Origin: a virus
Lineage: Duplodnaviria > Heunggongvirae > Uroviricota > Caudoviricetes
Length of the DNA stretch: 40,565 nucleotides
Virus record (IMG/VR): IMGVR_UViG_2687453529_000006
Direction: 5' to 3' (one strand)
Under the pieces are notes generated by a model that worked only from the letters and a program-made list of their open reading frames with translations, made no database searches and was not told where the DNA came from. Position numbers and translations under genes: made by a program. This document shows, one piece after another, positions 28,815 to 37,202 of the stretch (the first letter of the stretch is position 1; every line of letters begins with the position of its first letter).

Positions 28815-29567
28815 CTATCGTGTCACTTTTTGCAACTGTAACTCTGCGAATGCTTCTTCCTGCCAGCACTTTGTTACCAGTTTATCAATGACGTCTGCAT
28901 ATCCTTTGTACCACTGATAATCCGTCAGGTCTGGTACCAGCTTCTGGACATGACGTCGTGCCAGTGTGGTCGGTAAACGACTAAACCGATTTCCATTGCA
29001 ACGCCCACAAATCTTATAAACAGGCGCGCCATGAAGCCGGGTTCTTTTTTCATCCAGGACAATGCCTTTACCCTTACACCCTCTGCAAGCCGTGCTGACT
29101 TCTCCCTTACCATGGCAATGCTGACATAATTCCTTCACCCACTCTTCCTTGATAACAGACTCACCGCTTCTGGAGTGTTTCACCACTTCGCGCAATACAT
29201 TATGAAATCCAGTACCAGCACAATGCTCACAGCGAGCCTTACTTGCCGCAGACCTGGAATAATCAGCAAAGGCAAAATTCACAAGGTAAGTGATGATCTG
29301 TAACCGGGTTTCTTCACTCAATTTGTTCAATGTCGGGTTATCCAGTGCCATCGCGTAATTGAGCAGACCTTCAATCGCAAACTGAGGATCCTGAACACCA
29401 ACTTTTGCCAGGAATAAGGCAAACCCAAGCGGTGCTTTCGACTGCACCATCCCCTGCGCAGCCATCACATCCGTAATCGTTAAACCACCCGAGCCTGTCG
29501 CCGGTGCCTCATCGCTCAATTTGGGAGATTTTGGGGAGTAATATTTTGGTAAGGCTTCAAGGTTCAT
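28815..29567 (-). CDS. Q: Late-gene antitermination protein Q (QuuQ-like, CxxC zinc-finger)
   Basis: 250 aa with multiple CxxC pairs; resembles E. coli Qin QuuQ as remembered; directly upstream of lysis genes. Confidence 0.8.
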   Translation of the reverse strand: MNLEALPKYYSPKSPKLSDEAPATGSGGLTITDVMAAQGMVQSKAPLGFALFLAKVGVQDPQFAIEGLLNYAMALDNPTLNKLSEETRLQIITYLVNFAFADYSRSAASKARCEHCAGTGFHNVLREVVKHSRSGESVIKEEWVKELCQHCHGKGEVSTACRGCKGKGIVLDEKRTRLHGAPVYKICGRCNGNRFSRLPTTLARRHVQKLVPDLTDYQWYKGYADVIDKLVTKCWQEEAFAELQLQKVTR

Positions 29568-29580
29568 GCTCGTTCTCCAC

Positions 29581-30577
29581 TTACGCCAGTACGCCTATTG
29601 CCAGCGCACGATCGATAAAACGAAATATCAGCTCCAACTGGGAGCCATACTTCTCTTCAAATGCCACGGTATCCGCATGCAGCTCGTCGTGATGCTTTCT
29701 GCACAAAGGCAACACAAAGAGGTCATGCGCTTTTGTACCCATTCCCCCCCTGACCGTGGCCTATCAGGTGGTGGGGATCATCAGCAGACTTTCCACAACA
29801 TGCACACGGCTGTGTCTTAACCCAGCGCGTGTACTTTTCGTTAACCCAGCGGCGACGTTTGGGGCGTAACATAAAAGACTCCGGCGACTCCGGATCCACT
29901 TTCAGCGCCAGCACCTTTTTCGCTTTATCCTGGATGATGCTGGTGGCAGGAACCGAAGGCACAAGGTCACTTTCCCGGGTGACAGATGGCACAACAGGCT
30001 TCGGTAATCTCAGTGCCTTACGGGCTGCGCTTTCCGGTAAGACATCCGCCAGATCATTACGAACCAGCCACCAGCACAGTTCCGGCATTGTCACAACGTG
30101 ACTGTCATCAAAACCGAGATCCCGACGCACAACAGACAACACCCAGCGGGCACAGTTATCCGTTGCCATTGATTCCAGCCGTTCCGTGAACTGATCGCGC
30201 AGCTGGTTATCGCAGTGCCAGCACAGACGGATTGCGCCCGGCGCGTGTCGCATTGTGGTCATGTTCTCGCTGTGCCAGTCGGAATGAGGCCACTGGCAGC
30301 CTTTTTCACGAAGTAACCAGCTTTCAAGACATTCCACGCCACCAGCACGACGGATCACTGCCTCATTGCGGAACACGGCCCGAACGGCAGGATCATCCGC
30401 CAGCGGTTGTGATGCCGCCGGAACGGCACCACTGGCGAAAGATGAATAACGTTCCGGCTCAGGCTCCAGCAGGACACGCCCCTGCATAAACAGGGGCATC
30501 AGCTCTGAACCTGGTCTGAACAATACGATCCCCATACGCGGGGCAATTTCAGGGGTCAGTAGTGCTCTCACGTTCAC
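29581..30577 (-). pseudogene. DUF968-like (YdfU-like) gene interrupted by a +1 frameshift in a homopolymer run
   Basis: 284-aa ORF stops at ...HLIGHGQGGNGYKSA; the next frame continues MGTKAHDLFVLPLCRKHHDELH...; join lies in a 7-nt C run (plus strand, about 29744-29750). Confidence 0.6.
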
Positions 30578-30578
30578 C

Positions 30579-31388
30579 TCAATGAACGGTATCGAGCAGC
30601 TTTAACAGCTCAGGGAATCGGGATTCGAAGAAATGCGGCTGCGTCTCGCGCGGATTTGCGGGACTGGTGATGTTCTTGCCGAACATGCAACCTTTCGCTG
30701 TCAGCGACCAGAATTTTTTGATGTTGTTAATCGCGGTACGGCTGTATCGTTCGCGCTGCTCGACGATCCCCAGTTTCACCATCTGGTGATATGCCTGATT
30801 AGCCGTCAGGCGTATACCATACTGTTTCAGCAGTGCACTCAGTGACAGTGTCGGGCGACTTGAGCCATCGTGTGCATCAGCAGGAGCATCAATGGCATAG
30901 CGCGGTGCCAGATTCGGTAAGCCAACAGCCTCCTGGAGTTTCTGACAGGCACCAAGCACTGAAGAGTTAGACAGGTTTAATTCCCGGCGCATAAAGTCCA
31001 GCAGAATCACACCAGCCTGCATCTTGTCAGCAGCCTGTCCGGATAATTTTTCCGGTGCGCTGGTTACCATGTCGAAAGTACGGATCACCTTCAGATGGAA
31101 TGACGGGCTGATCCACATTGCATAGGCATACACCAGTTCCTTGCAGACATACGTTCCCCGTTCATTTCCCCCATGAATCACACTCACCGGGTCAACACCC
31201 AAATTCTGGGTGTTGGTCAATTCATGAATAAGCTCAACAGTTTGTTGGCTGGAAAGAAACTTTCCTGGCTCCTTGGTTCTGGCATTTGCACCAGATGCTA
31301 CTGCTGCGCGATGCAGATCGTTCAGGCTGTAACGCCCATAAGCATCACGACGAACTTCAATACCATCAATGACCATCAGATTATTCAT
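30579..31388 (-). CDS. KilA-N domain protein (antirepressor-like)
   Basis: 269 aa; N-terminal region resembles the KilA-N domain. Confidence 0.7.
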   Translation of the reverse strand: MNNLMVIDGIEVRRDAYGRYSLNDLHRAAVASGANARTKEPGKFLSSQQTVELIHELTNTQNLGVDPVSVIHGGNERGTYVCKELVYAYAMWISPSFHLKVIRTFDMVTSAPEKLSGQAADKMQAGVILLDFMRRELNLSNSSVLGACQKLQEAVGLPNLAPRYAIDAPADAHDGSSRPTLSLSALLKQYGIRLTANQAYHQMVKLGIVEQRERYSRTAINNIKKFWSLTAKGCMFGKNITSPANPRETQPHFFESRFPELLKLLDTVH

Positions 31389-31407
31389 ACTTCGTTTCTC
31401 CTCTTAA

Positions 31408-31797
31408 TCAGGCGGCTGCACCCGCCGGTTTCTCATACTTACTGATAGTGATCTCGACCTTCCCTTTCGGGATAACCGGTCCCCACTCCACCAGCATTCT
31501 TTTCACCTGTCTGTCGTCTTCCCACACACCCGCGTGGGTCAGGGCGTCAAACAGAGCCTTGTTATAGTTGTCCAGATCGCGGATCCGGTTATCCGGAGGA
31601 AACAACACGATCTCCACTGAAGCAGGTGCCGACGTTGGTTTCGGCAGACGACGTAACTGCTCAACTATTGCTGCGCACGCCGCGCTCTGAAATTTTCGCC
31701 CCGCCTCGCTTATCAGGCTCTTACCAGCAAATGCCCCTTTGTTGGGGTGTCGCCAGTACGTGTTCACACTGGGCGGGAAAGGAAGGATCAACTTCAT
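31408..31797 (-). CDS. rusA: Holliday junction resolvase RusA
   Basis: 129 aa; ...RDLDNYNKALFDALTHAGVWEDDRQV... matches the RusA family signature. Confidence 0.85.
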   Translation of the reverse strand: MKLILPFPPSVNTYWRHPNKGAFAGKSLISEAGRKFQSAACAAIVEQLRRLPKPTSAPASVEIVLFPPDNRIRDLDNYNKALFDALTHAGVWEDDRQVKRMLVEWGPVIPKGKVEITISKYEKPAGAAA

Positions 31798-32120
31798 ACT
31801 TTCAGGCCCCTCTCATGTAACCAGTGGGCTGCACGCAACCTAGCGTTCTCCTCACCGGCAAGCAGTGCGCGGATGATACCGACCGCTTCGCTGTCGTCGT
31901 CCTTCACTGCGGTATGAAGCGTGATCCCCCGGGCCACGCCACGCTTTATCGTGATGACGCCTTTTTTCTCCAGTGCGCGAAGATGCTCCACCGCTGCATT
32001 CACTGAACGGTATCCCAGCATGGTTGCCACCTCCTGATTGGTTGGCGGGAAGCCACGTTCTTTCTGGTAAGAAATCAGCATATCCAGCACCTGCTGCTGG
32101 CATTGAGTTAACGTCGTCAT
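31794..32120 (-). CDS. LexA DNA-binding-domain-like protein (no peptidase domain)
   Basis: 108 aa; MTTLTQCQQQVLDMLISYQKERGFPPTNQEVATMLGYRSVNAAVEHLRALEKKGVI... resembles the LexA N-terminal winged helix. Confidence 0.6.
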   Translation of the reverse strand: MTTLTQCQQQVLDMLISYQKERGFPPTNQEVATMLGYRSVNAAVEHLRALEKKGVITIKRGVARGITLHTAVKDDDSEAVGIIRALLAGEENARLRAAHWLHERGLKV

Positions 32121-32770
32121 GCCGCCATCTCCCTGACCAGTTTTTCCGCCTGCTGGCGAACCTGCGCCAGAAAGGCCTCACCACATGCCTCAAGTTCATC
32201 GCGCCCGATGTAGCTGATTGCCGGTCCCTTCCAGGTCTTGTCGAAAACAGCAATAGCACCAGCGAAGAACGCTCCTGTCGGCACCTGCTTCTCATCCTTC
32301 GGGATAAACCAGGCAGGCAGTTCAAAACCAATACGCCCGCGAATAAAAGCAATATGGTCTGCATCTTCCGGCCACCAAACTTCGCTGGTGGCAGCTTTGA
32401 TCAGGAAAACATAGCGCCCGCCCTTATCACGCATGGCACTGGCATGCTTCATGATGTAACGCATGCCGGTGATGTATTGCCCCTCATGCTGACTGGCGCG
32501 GCTGTATGGGGGATTACCAAAGGCAGCACCTTTAAGCTCCGCAAGACGTTCTGACCAGTCATGCGCCAGCGCGTTGTCTTCCGCCGTGTAATACGCAGCA
32601 CATTTGGCGTTATCACCGTCAGTGAACAGATCCAGAACAAACGGGCCAAACAGGGTGTTAATTCCCCAGAAAATGTTGTCCGGCGTGCGCCACTGATCGC
32701 CCACGTCCTTCAGTTCATGGGCTGGTTTGTTCCGCAGTTCCACCAGCGCCTGGCAATATTTATTACTCAT
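32117..32770 (-). CDS. Phage N6-adenine DNA methyltransferase (orphan)
   Basis: NPPY motif (...FGNPPYSRA...) characteristic of N6-adenine methyltransferases; start at Met12 of track ORF; no restriction partner seen. Confidence 0.8.
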   Translation of the reverse strand: MSNKYCQALVELRNKPAHELKDVGDQWRTPDNIFWGINTLFGPFVLDLFTDGDNAKCAAYYTAEDNALAHDWSERLAELKGAAFGNPPYSRASQHEGQYITGMRYIMKHASAMRDKGGRYVFLIKAATSEVWWPEDADHIAFIRGRIGFELPAWFIPKDEKQVPTGAFFAGAIAVFDKTWKGPAISYIGRDELEACGEAFLAQVRQQAEKLVREMAA

Positions 32771-33258
32771 TAAGCCCCCACGTAATTCCCTGACAGATAC
32801 CACTCTTCACCCGATGCAGCGCGCTTGCTGCTTTTCCGTAAGCACCGCTCACGATGCGCCAGAAAATTGTTTCGTTCTGGCTGGGAGTGGCTTTCACGGA
32901 ATGCCTCCATCCACACCGTTGCAGCTCGACGGAATAAGCCCCTGGACTCCAGTTCTTCAGCCTGGCGGGTCAGGCACAAAATCACCCGGGGGTCGTTAGT
33001 GCCGACATAGAAATTGCGCACAGGTCTGGTTTCACAAACTGGTTCCGGCTCCTGCAATATCTCAGCCTGGCGCGGGAAATGTCTGCGTGTATCCCCTTCA
33101 CAACGGTGAGCCACACGCCCACTCTGACGTAACTTGCTTGCTGACTGCAGAACGCGCTGCCGTGAGTAACCTGCAAAAGCATCCGCAATGTCTCCGGAAG
33201 TACACCCCGGATGGGCTTCAATGAATTTCTGAACGTCATTCAAAAGGCTCATTATCAC
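32770..33258 (-). CDS. Hypothetical protein with PerC-like C-terminal region
   Basis: 162 aa; ...ESRGLFRRAATVWMEAF... resembles the PerC/Pch motif as remembered. Confidence 0.45.
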   Translation of the reverse strand: MIMSLLNDVQKFIEAHPGCTSGDIADAFAGYSRQRVLQSASKLRQSGRVAHRCEGDTRRHFPRQAEILQEPEPVCETRPVRNFYVGTNDPRVILCLTRQAEELESRGLFRRAATVWMEAFRESHSQPERNNFLAHRERCLRKSSKRAASGEEWYLSGNYVGA

Positions 33259-34196
33259 CCCCTGAATCCTGCCGGGATCTGGCTGTAGTCCACATTGTCG
33301 TAACTGGCTTTGAAGTACGGGTCTTCGCGTTTTTCTGTGTACGTGCTGACGGACGGCGATAAGCGCAGGGAAAGTTCATCCCATTTTTCCCGCAGCTTCG
33401 ACGGGCTGAGCACGTTACGGCACCAGAACGGGTCGCGGCTGACACGGTTGTACATCTCGCAGATTTGTTTATGAGTACGACCATCCTGCACACACATCAG
33501 GCGAATTTCGTTTGCCCAGGCTGTCCAGTTCGGTTCTTTGGGACGAACCACCTCGCCGTCACATTCGGCGGCATGCTCGTACAGGGCGATGATTTTTTTC
33601 CAGAGCCACTGTGCACAGGTCAAATCATCCTGCGTCCCCCACTGGCGCTTTTTAGGGCTGAATACAACCGCATCAGGATGGCGAGTTAAAAAATCCTGTT
33701 CAGCCGTCTGCGTGTCCGGTTGCGAAGCGTCCGGACGAGAAGGTTTTTTATCTGACGGATCATGTTTTGATTTTACTGACGGATCCCCGCCAGATTCTGA
33801 CGGGTGAAAACCCGCTTTTTTGCCAGATTTCGACGCATCAAATTTTGACGGGTCAGATTTTGATGCGTCAGATTTTGACGGGTCAGAATCTGACAGTTGA
33901 GAAAGTGCCGCAGCCTGAAGCTTTGCAACGTTAAGCTGATAGACGTTCGACGCATTGCGGTTACCCTGGCGACGCGCCTTACGCGTTAACCAGCCTTCTG
34001 CTTCCAGCCGTGCGATAGCCGTTCTTACAGTACTCACCCCTGCGCCAATCTGGCGGGCAATGGTTTCAATTGATGGCCAGCACACACCTTCGTCATTACT
34101 GAAATCAGCCAGGCGGGCCATAATTGCCACACTGGATAATTTCATGCCTGACGCTGCGCAACCATCCCATACATAGCCGGTTAATTTAGTGCTCAT
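33255..34196 (-). CDS. Replication initiator (lambda O-like N-terminal HTH) with internal repeat linker
   Basis: 313 aa; N-terminus (…VAIMARLADFSNDEGVCWPSIETIARQIGAGVSTVRTAIARLEAEGWL) resembles phage O-type initiators; Ser/Asp/Lys repeat linker. Confidence 0.8.
   Translation of the reverse strand: MSTKLTGYVWDGCAASGMKLSSVAIMARLADFSNDEGVCWPSIETIARQIGAGVSTVRTAIARLEAEGWLTRKARRQGNRNASNVYQLNVAKLQAAALSQLSDSDPSKSDASKSDPSKFDASKSGKKAGFHPSESGGDPSVKSKHDPSDKKPSRPDASQPDTQTAEQDFLTRHPDAVVFSPKKRQWGTQDDLTCAQWLWKKIIALYEHAAECDGEVVRPKEPNWTAWANEIRLMCVQDGRTHKQICEMYNRVSRDPFWCRNVLSPSKLREKWDELSLRLSPSVSTYTEKREDPYFKASYDNVDYSQIPAGFRG
33745..33900. repeat. Iteron-like direct repeats inside the replication initiator gene (candidate origin)
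   Basis: About eight copies of a TYTGACGGRTC-like 11-mer (tctgacggatc, actgacggatc, tctgacgggtg, tttgacgggtc, tttgatgcgtc, ...). Confidence 0.6.
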
Positions 34197-34205
34197 GACC
34201 GACCT

Positions 34206-34544
34206 CTATTTCCCTGAATTTACGACGAAACTGTTCGAGCGGACTGAAGCATTCATGCTCATAGCCTTCGCGGAGGTAGATAACCCGTTGTGTTTCCGGC
34301 TCCCAACGAATGACTCTGACGGGTACTCCGTAGTGATCTTTGAACCAGCGGTTAATTTGTCGCAAAGGACTGTCTCCTTCTGCCGGTTGAAATCACCCAC
34401 AGCCCACTCTGCAAAGCTGTGGGTTACAATTTCCCTGTCACCTGGTACATTCACTGCATAGCAATACTCCACCTTCGCTTTTCCACCCGGTACAGGAAGC
34501 GCAATCAGTTGCGAGCGACGGTAGGGTGTTGTTAAACTGTTCAT
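34206..34544 (-). CDS. Hypothetical protein between CII-like and replication genes
   Basis: 112-aa ORF whose start overlaps the upstream stop (ATGA-type coupling); no family recognised. Confidence 0.4.
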   Translation of the reverse strand: MNSLTTPYRRSQLIALPVPGGKAKVEYCYAVNVPGDREIVTHSFAEWAVGDFNRQKETVLCDKLTAGSKITTEYPSESFVGSRKHNGLSTSAKAMSMNASVRSNSFVVNSGK

Positions 34545-35110
34545 GCGTTAGTTTCTCCACAACCAGAAGCAATCGACGCCACGACGCCCGGAGCTGCACA
34601 CTCGCGGGCGTCATTACTTTCTGAAATGCAAAAGATTTTGTAGACCAGTGCTGCATGCTCCTGCAGCTTCGAAATTGACAGGTACAGTTCGTCGTTAATT
34701 GCTGCCTGCTCGTGTGGTTCCACCACCCCGTCTTCAATTGCTGAACGAATCTGTTTTGAATAACTGCCGATCTGTTCAATGACCTCCAGCAGGCGTTGGT
34801 TGATATCGGCGTTCTCTACTTCCTCAATTTCAGGAAGCGATACAAACACCCCACCAGCAGACTGTGCGACTGCATCCGCAATGTGGTGAGTGCCAGCAGC
34901 ACGCTGTAAAACCATTGCCCATCCCAGCGGGAAAATCTGATCGCCATCGGCACGAAGGCGGTTAAATAATGCGTTCTCTGTTACATCCAGCCAGTCAGCA
35001 GCTTCAGCGTAACCCCCCGGCAATGCCGCGATAGTTTTTCTGACAGCTTTCACGTACCACTCAGGCTGTTTTTCTACTTTCCAGTGATGCTTACCCACGG
35101 TTAGCCTCAT
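34541..35110 (-). CDS. CII-like regulatory protein (YdaT/CP76-like)
   Basis: 189 aa immediately downstream of the cro-like gene; family assignment from memory. Confidence 0.5.
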   Translation of the reverse strand: MRLTVGKHHWKVEKQPEWYVKAVRKTIAALPGGYAEAADWLDVTENALFNRLRADGDQIFPLGWAMVLQRAAGTHHIADAVAQSAGGVFVSLPEIEEVENADINQRLLEVIEQIGSYSKQIRSAIEDGVVEPHEQAAINDELYLSISKLQEHAALVYKIFCISESNDARECAAPGVVASIASGCGETNA

Positions 35111-35141
35111 CGTTCTGTGGTTAAAAATTGAAGGTGTTCTG

Positions 35142-35342
35142 TTAATCTTTCGGATAGATATCCGGTCTTAAGTCAGATTTCGTAATTGCACCTGACGTGC
35201 ATTGCTCAATTTTTTTAGCCAGCACAAAACTGGCTTTTTTATAACCATTGAAAACCAGCCGTAAGTAGCCTGGTGTTGAGCCAACTTTTCCGGCCAACTC
35301 GCCCTGCTGTTCTTTGGTTAAAGAGTCCCAATACGCTTTCAT
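35142..35342 (-). CDS. Cro-like HTH regulator (YdaS-like)
   Basis: 66 aa from Met9 with GGAGG RBS; ...GKVGSTPGYLRLVFNGYKKAS... HTH-like; divergent from cI. Confidence 0.7.
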   Translation of the reverse strand: MKAYWDSLTKEQQGELAGKVGSTPGYLRLVFNGYKKASFVLAKKIEQCTSGAITKSDLRPDIYPKD

Positions 35343-35343
35343 A

Positions 35344-35417
35344 CAATATGTACCTCCGATGTACATATTACATGATTAAAATGAACCTTCAAGATACTTG
35401 TACCTTAACGGTACAAG
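35344..35417. promoter_or_regulatory. Immunity-region operators and divergent promoters
   Basis: Perfect palindromes AATATGTAC-ctccgat-GTACATATT and CTTGTACC-ttaac-GGTACAAG; minus-strand TTGAAG-16-TAATAT promoter for cro; weak -35/-10 for cI. Confidence 0.6.
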
Positions 35418-35432
35418 GGTTTTAATTTCATT

Positions 35433-36107
35433 ATGAAAACAGTCCATGACATCCGGCGGTCTAACGCCAGAAAACTGAGAGATGGTGTTGGCGGGAATTC
35501 TTCCTTTGCCACCATGATTGATCGCGAGCCGACCCAGACCAGCAGGTTTATGGGAGATGGTGCAACTAAAAATATCGGTGACAGCATGGCACGGCACATC
35601 GAAAAATGTTTCGACCTGCCTGTCGGATGGCTTGATCAAGAACACCAGACAACGAACATCACAAAAAAACCTGATGTTTCAATCACTAACAAACAAATAA
35701 CGTTAGTCCCTGTCATATCATGGGTACAGGCCGGAGCATGGAAAGAAGTTGGTTATTCTGAGGTTGATTTGAGCACAGCAGAAACTTATCCCTGCCCTGT
35801 ACCCTGTGGTGAAATGACTTATATCTTGCGGGTGATTGGTGATTCAATGATTGATGAGTACCGCCCAGGAGACATGATTTTTGTTGATCCTGAAGTCCCT
35901 GCCTGCCACGGTGACGACGTTATTGCATTGATGCACGATACAGGCGAAACCACCTTCAAGCGGTTGATAGAAGATGGAACACAGCGTTACCTCAAAGCAT
36001 TAAACCCAAACTGGCCTGAACCTTACATTAAGATCAACGGTAATTGCTCTATAATTGGTACAGTGATTTTCTCGGGAAAACCAAGAAGATACAAAATAAA
36101 GACCTAA
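35433..36107 (+). CDS. cI: CI-like repressor (HTH plus S24 LexA-like peptidase domain)
   Basis: 224 aa; C-terminal ...LRVIGDSMIDEYRPGDMIFVDPE... with Ser and Lys of S24 autocleavage domain. Confidence 0.9.
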   Translation: MKTVHDIRRSNARKLRDGVGGNSSFATMIDREPTQTSRFMGDGATKNIGDSMARHIEKCFDLPVGWLDQEHQTTNITKKPDVSITNKQITLVPVISWVQAGAWKEVGYSEVDLSTAETYPCPVPCGEMTYILRVIGDSMIDEYRPGDMIFVDPEVPACHGDDVIALMHDTGETTFKRLIEDGTQRYLKALNPNWPEPYIKINGNCSIIGTVIFSGKPRRYKIKT

Positions 36108-36117
36108 TCAATATTTA

Positions 36118-36142
36118 TGAACCTGCTTCGGCAGGTTTTTTT
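36118..36142 (+). terminator. Intrinsic terminator after cI
   Basis: cctgc-ttcg-gcagg followed by TTTTTTT. Confidence 0.65.
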
Positions 36143-36146
36143 ATAC

Positions 36147-36180
36147 TTGACAATGTACCTTTGGGATACATAATGTATCC
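36147..36180 (+). promoter_or_regulatory. Sigma-70 promoter with overlapping 17-bp palindromic operator
   Basis: TTGACA, 16-nt spacer, CATAAT; perfect palindrome GGATACAT-A-ATGTATCC covers the -10. Confidence 0.55.
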
Positions 36181-36569
36181 AAAAGAAACATGCAACAGGC
36201 AAGATTCAAACAAAGTTTGGTTGTAACACGGCGTATGGCACATGCGTCGTTAGCGGTCTGGAGACGTTAAAGGGGACAATCCACTCCTTGCTCGGGCAAA
36301 CAAACCAGGTAGCCGGAATGTGCAAGTCAATGATGATGCTGATAAGACGCCTAACCAGCGTGGCGATTCGGTTTGACGCCTGGGAAGAGACCAGGGTGCA
36401 ACGATAAGAGCATTTATGGAGCCGAGACAAAGTGTGGCGCCGAACTGGCTAAGTGCTCTCAGCGTTGTGGTAATCCGCGAAATGGCGCGGCGGTAAGTAT
36501 GGCGGGGTTACTCTTTCCCCGTTGAGGACACCGGATTGTCAGGTTGACCATACGCCTGAGTGACAACCC

Positions 36570-36638
36570 CACCACAACAGCCACTGCTTTGGCGGTACCA
36601 GTTTGTACACTTGCTTCCGGCTGGTACCGCTCTTTTTA
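36570..36638 (+). ncRNA. Candidate DicF-like small RNA / terminator at the end of a long structured leader
   Basis: ctttGGCGGTACCAGTTTgtac...CTGGTACCGCtcTTTTT: stable hairpin with U-run; the 5' arm resembles the DicF 5' region as I recall it. Confidence 0.4.
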
Positions 36639-36774
36639 CAAAACAGAGAAGAGCATCACCGGACGACGGGCTCATAACCCAATCCATCCGGGCAGCAGCC
36701 ACTGCAGGTGTTCTTCTCTGTTTTGTGGAGAAACTAACCGACCTTGCAGGGTCGATATGATGAGGAGCAGCAAA

Positions 36775-37137
36775 ATGGCTAGCGAACGCAGTACTGATGT
36801 GCAGGCATTTATCGGGGAGCTGGACGGCGGCGTATTTGAAACCAAAATCGGCGCAGTTCTCAGTGAAGTCGCTTCCGGTGTGATGAACACGAAAACCAAA
36901 GGTAAGGTCTCGCTCAACCTGGAAATCGAACCGTTTGATGAGAACCGTGTGAAAATCAAACACAAACTCTCATATGTTCGCCCAACTAACCGCGGGAAAA
37001 TTTCCGAAGAAGACACCACCGAAACGCCGATGTATGTCAATCGCGGTGGTCGCCTGACTGTTCTGCAGGAAGACCAGGGACAATTACTGACTCTTGCCGG
37101 TGAACCTGACGGAAAACTCCGCGCAGCAGGTCATTAA
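36775..37137 (+). CDS. YfdP-like prophage protein
   Basis: 120 aa from MASERSTDVQAFIGELDGGVF...; GAGGAG RBS; family name from memory. Confidence 0.6.
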   Translation: MASERSTDVQAFIGELDGGVFETKIGAVLSEVASGVMNTKTKGKVSLNLEIEPFDENRVKIKHKLSYVRPTNRGKISEEDTTETPMYVNRGGRLTVLQEDQGQLLTLAGEPDGKLRAAGH

Positions 37138-37202
37138 TATCGTTTTTAATAAACTGATTATTTCTCTCATCACTGAATATTTTTATATAGTGAGGACTTA
37201 TT

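Noticed and set aside
28663-28891. Overlapping 68-aa minus and 67-aa plus ORFs downstream of Q
   Set aside because: AT-rich intergenic sequence likely holding promoter/qut/terminator elements; no RBS.
31852-32554. Overlapping 170-aa minus and 193-aa plus ORFs
   Set aside because: Out-of-frame or antisense overlaps of the LexA-DBD-like and methyltransferase genes; no RBS and Arg-rich composition.
34189-34461. 90-aa plus-strand ORF
   Set aside because: Opposite in orientation to the surrounding minus-strand early operon; the minus-strand ORF here has translational coupling to the upstream gene, though neither has recognisable homology.
36508-36963. 151-aa minus-strand ORF and 66-aa plus-strand ORF in the long leader
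   Set aside because: The minus ORF is antisense to the yfdP-like gene and the leader; neither has an RBS, and the region looks better explained as structured RNA.
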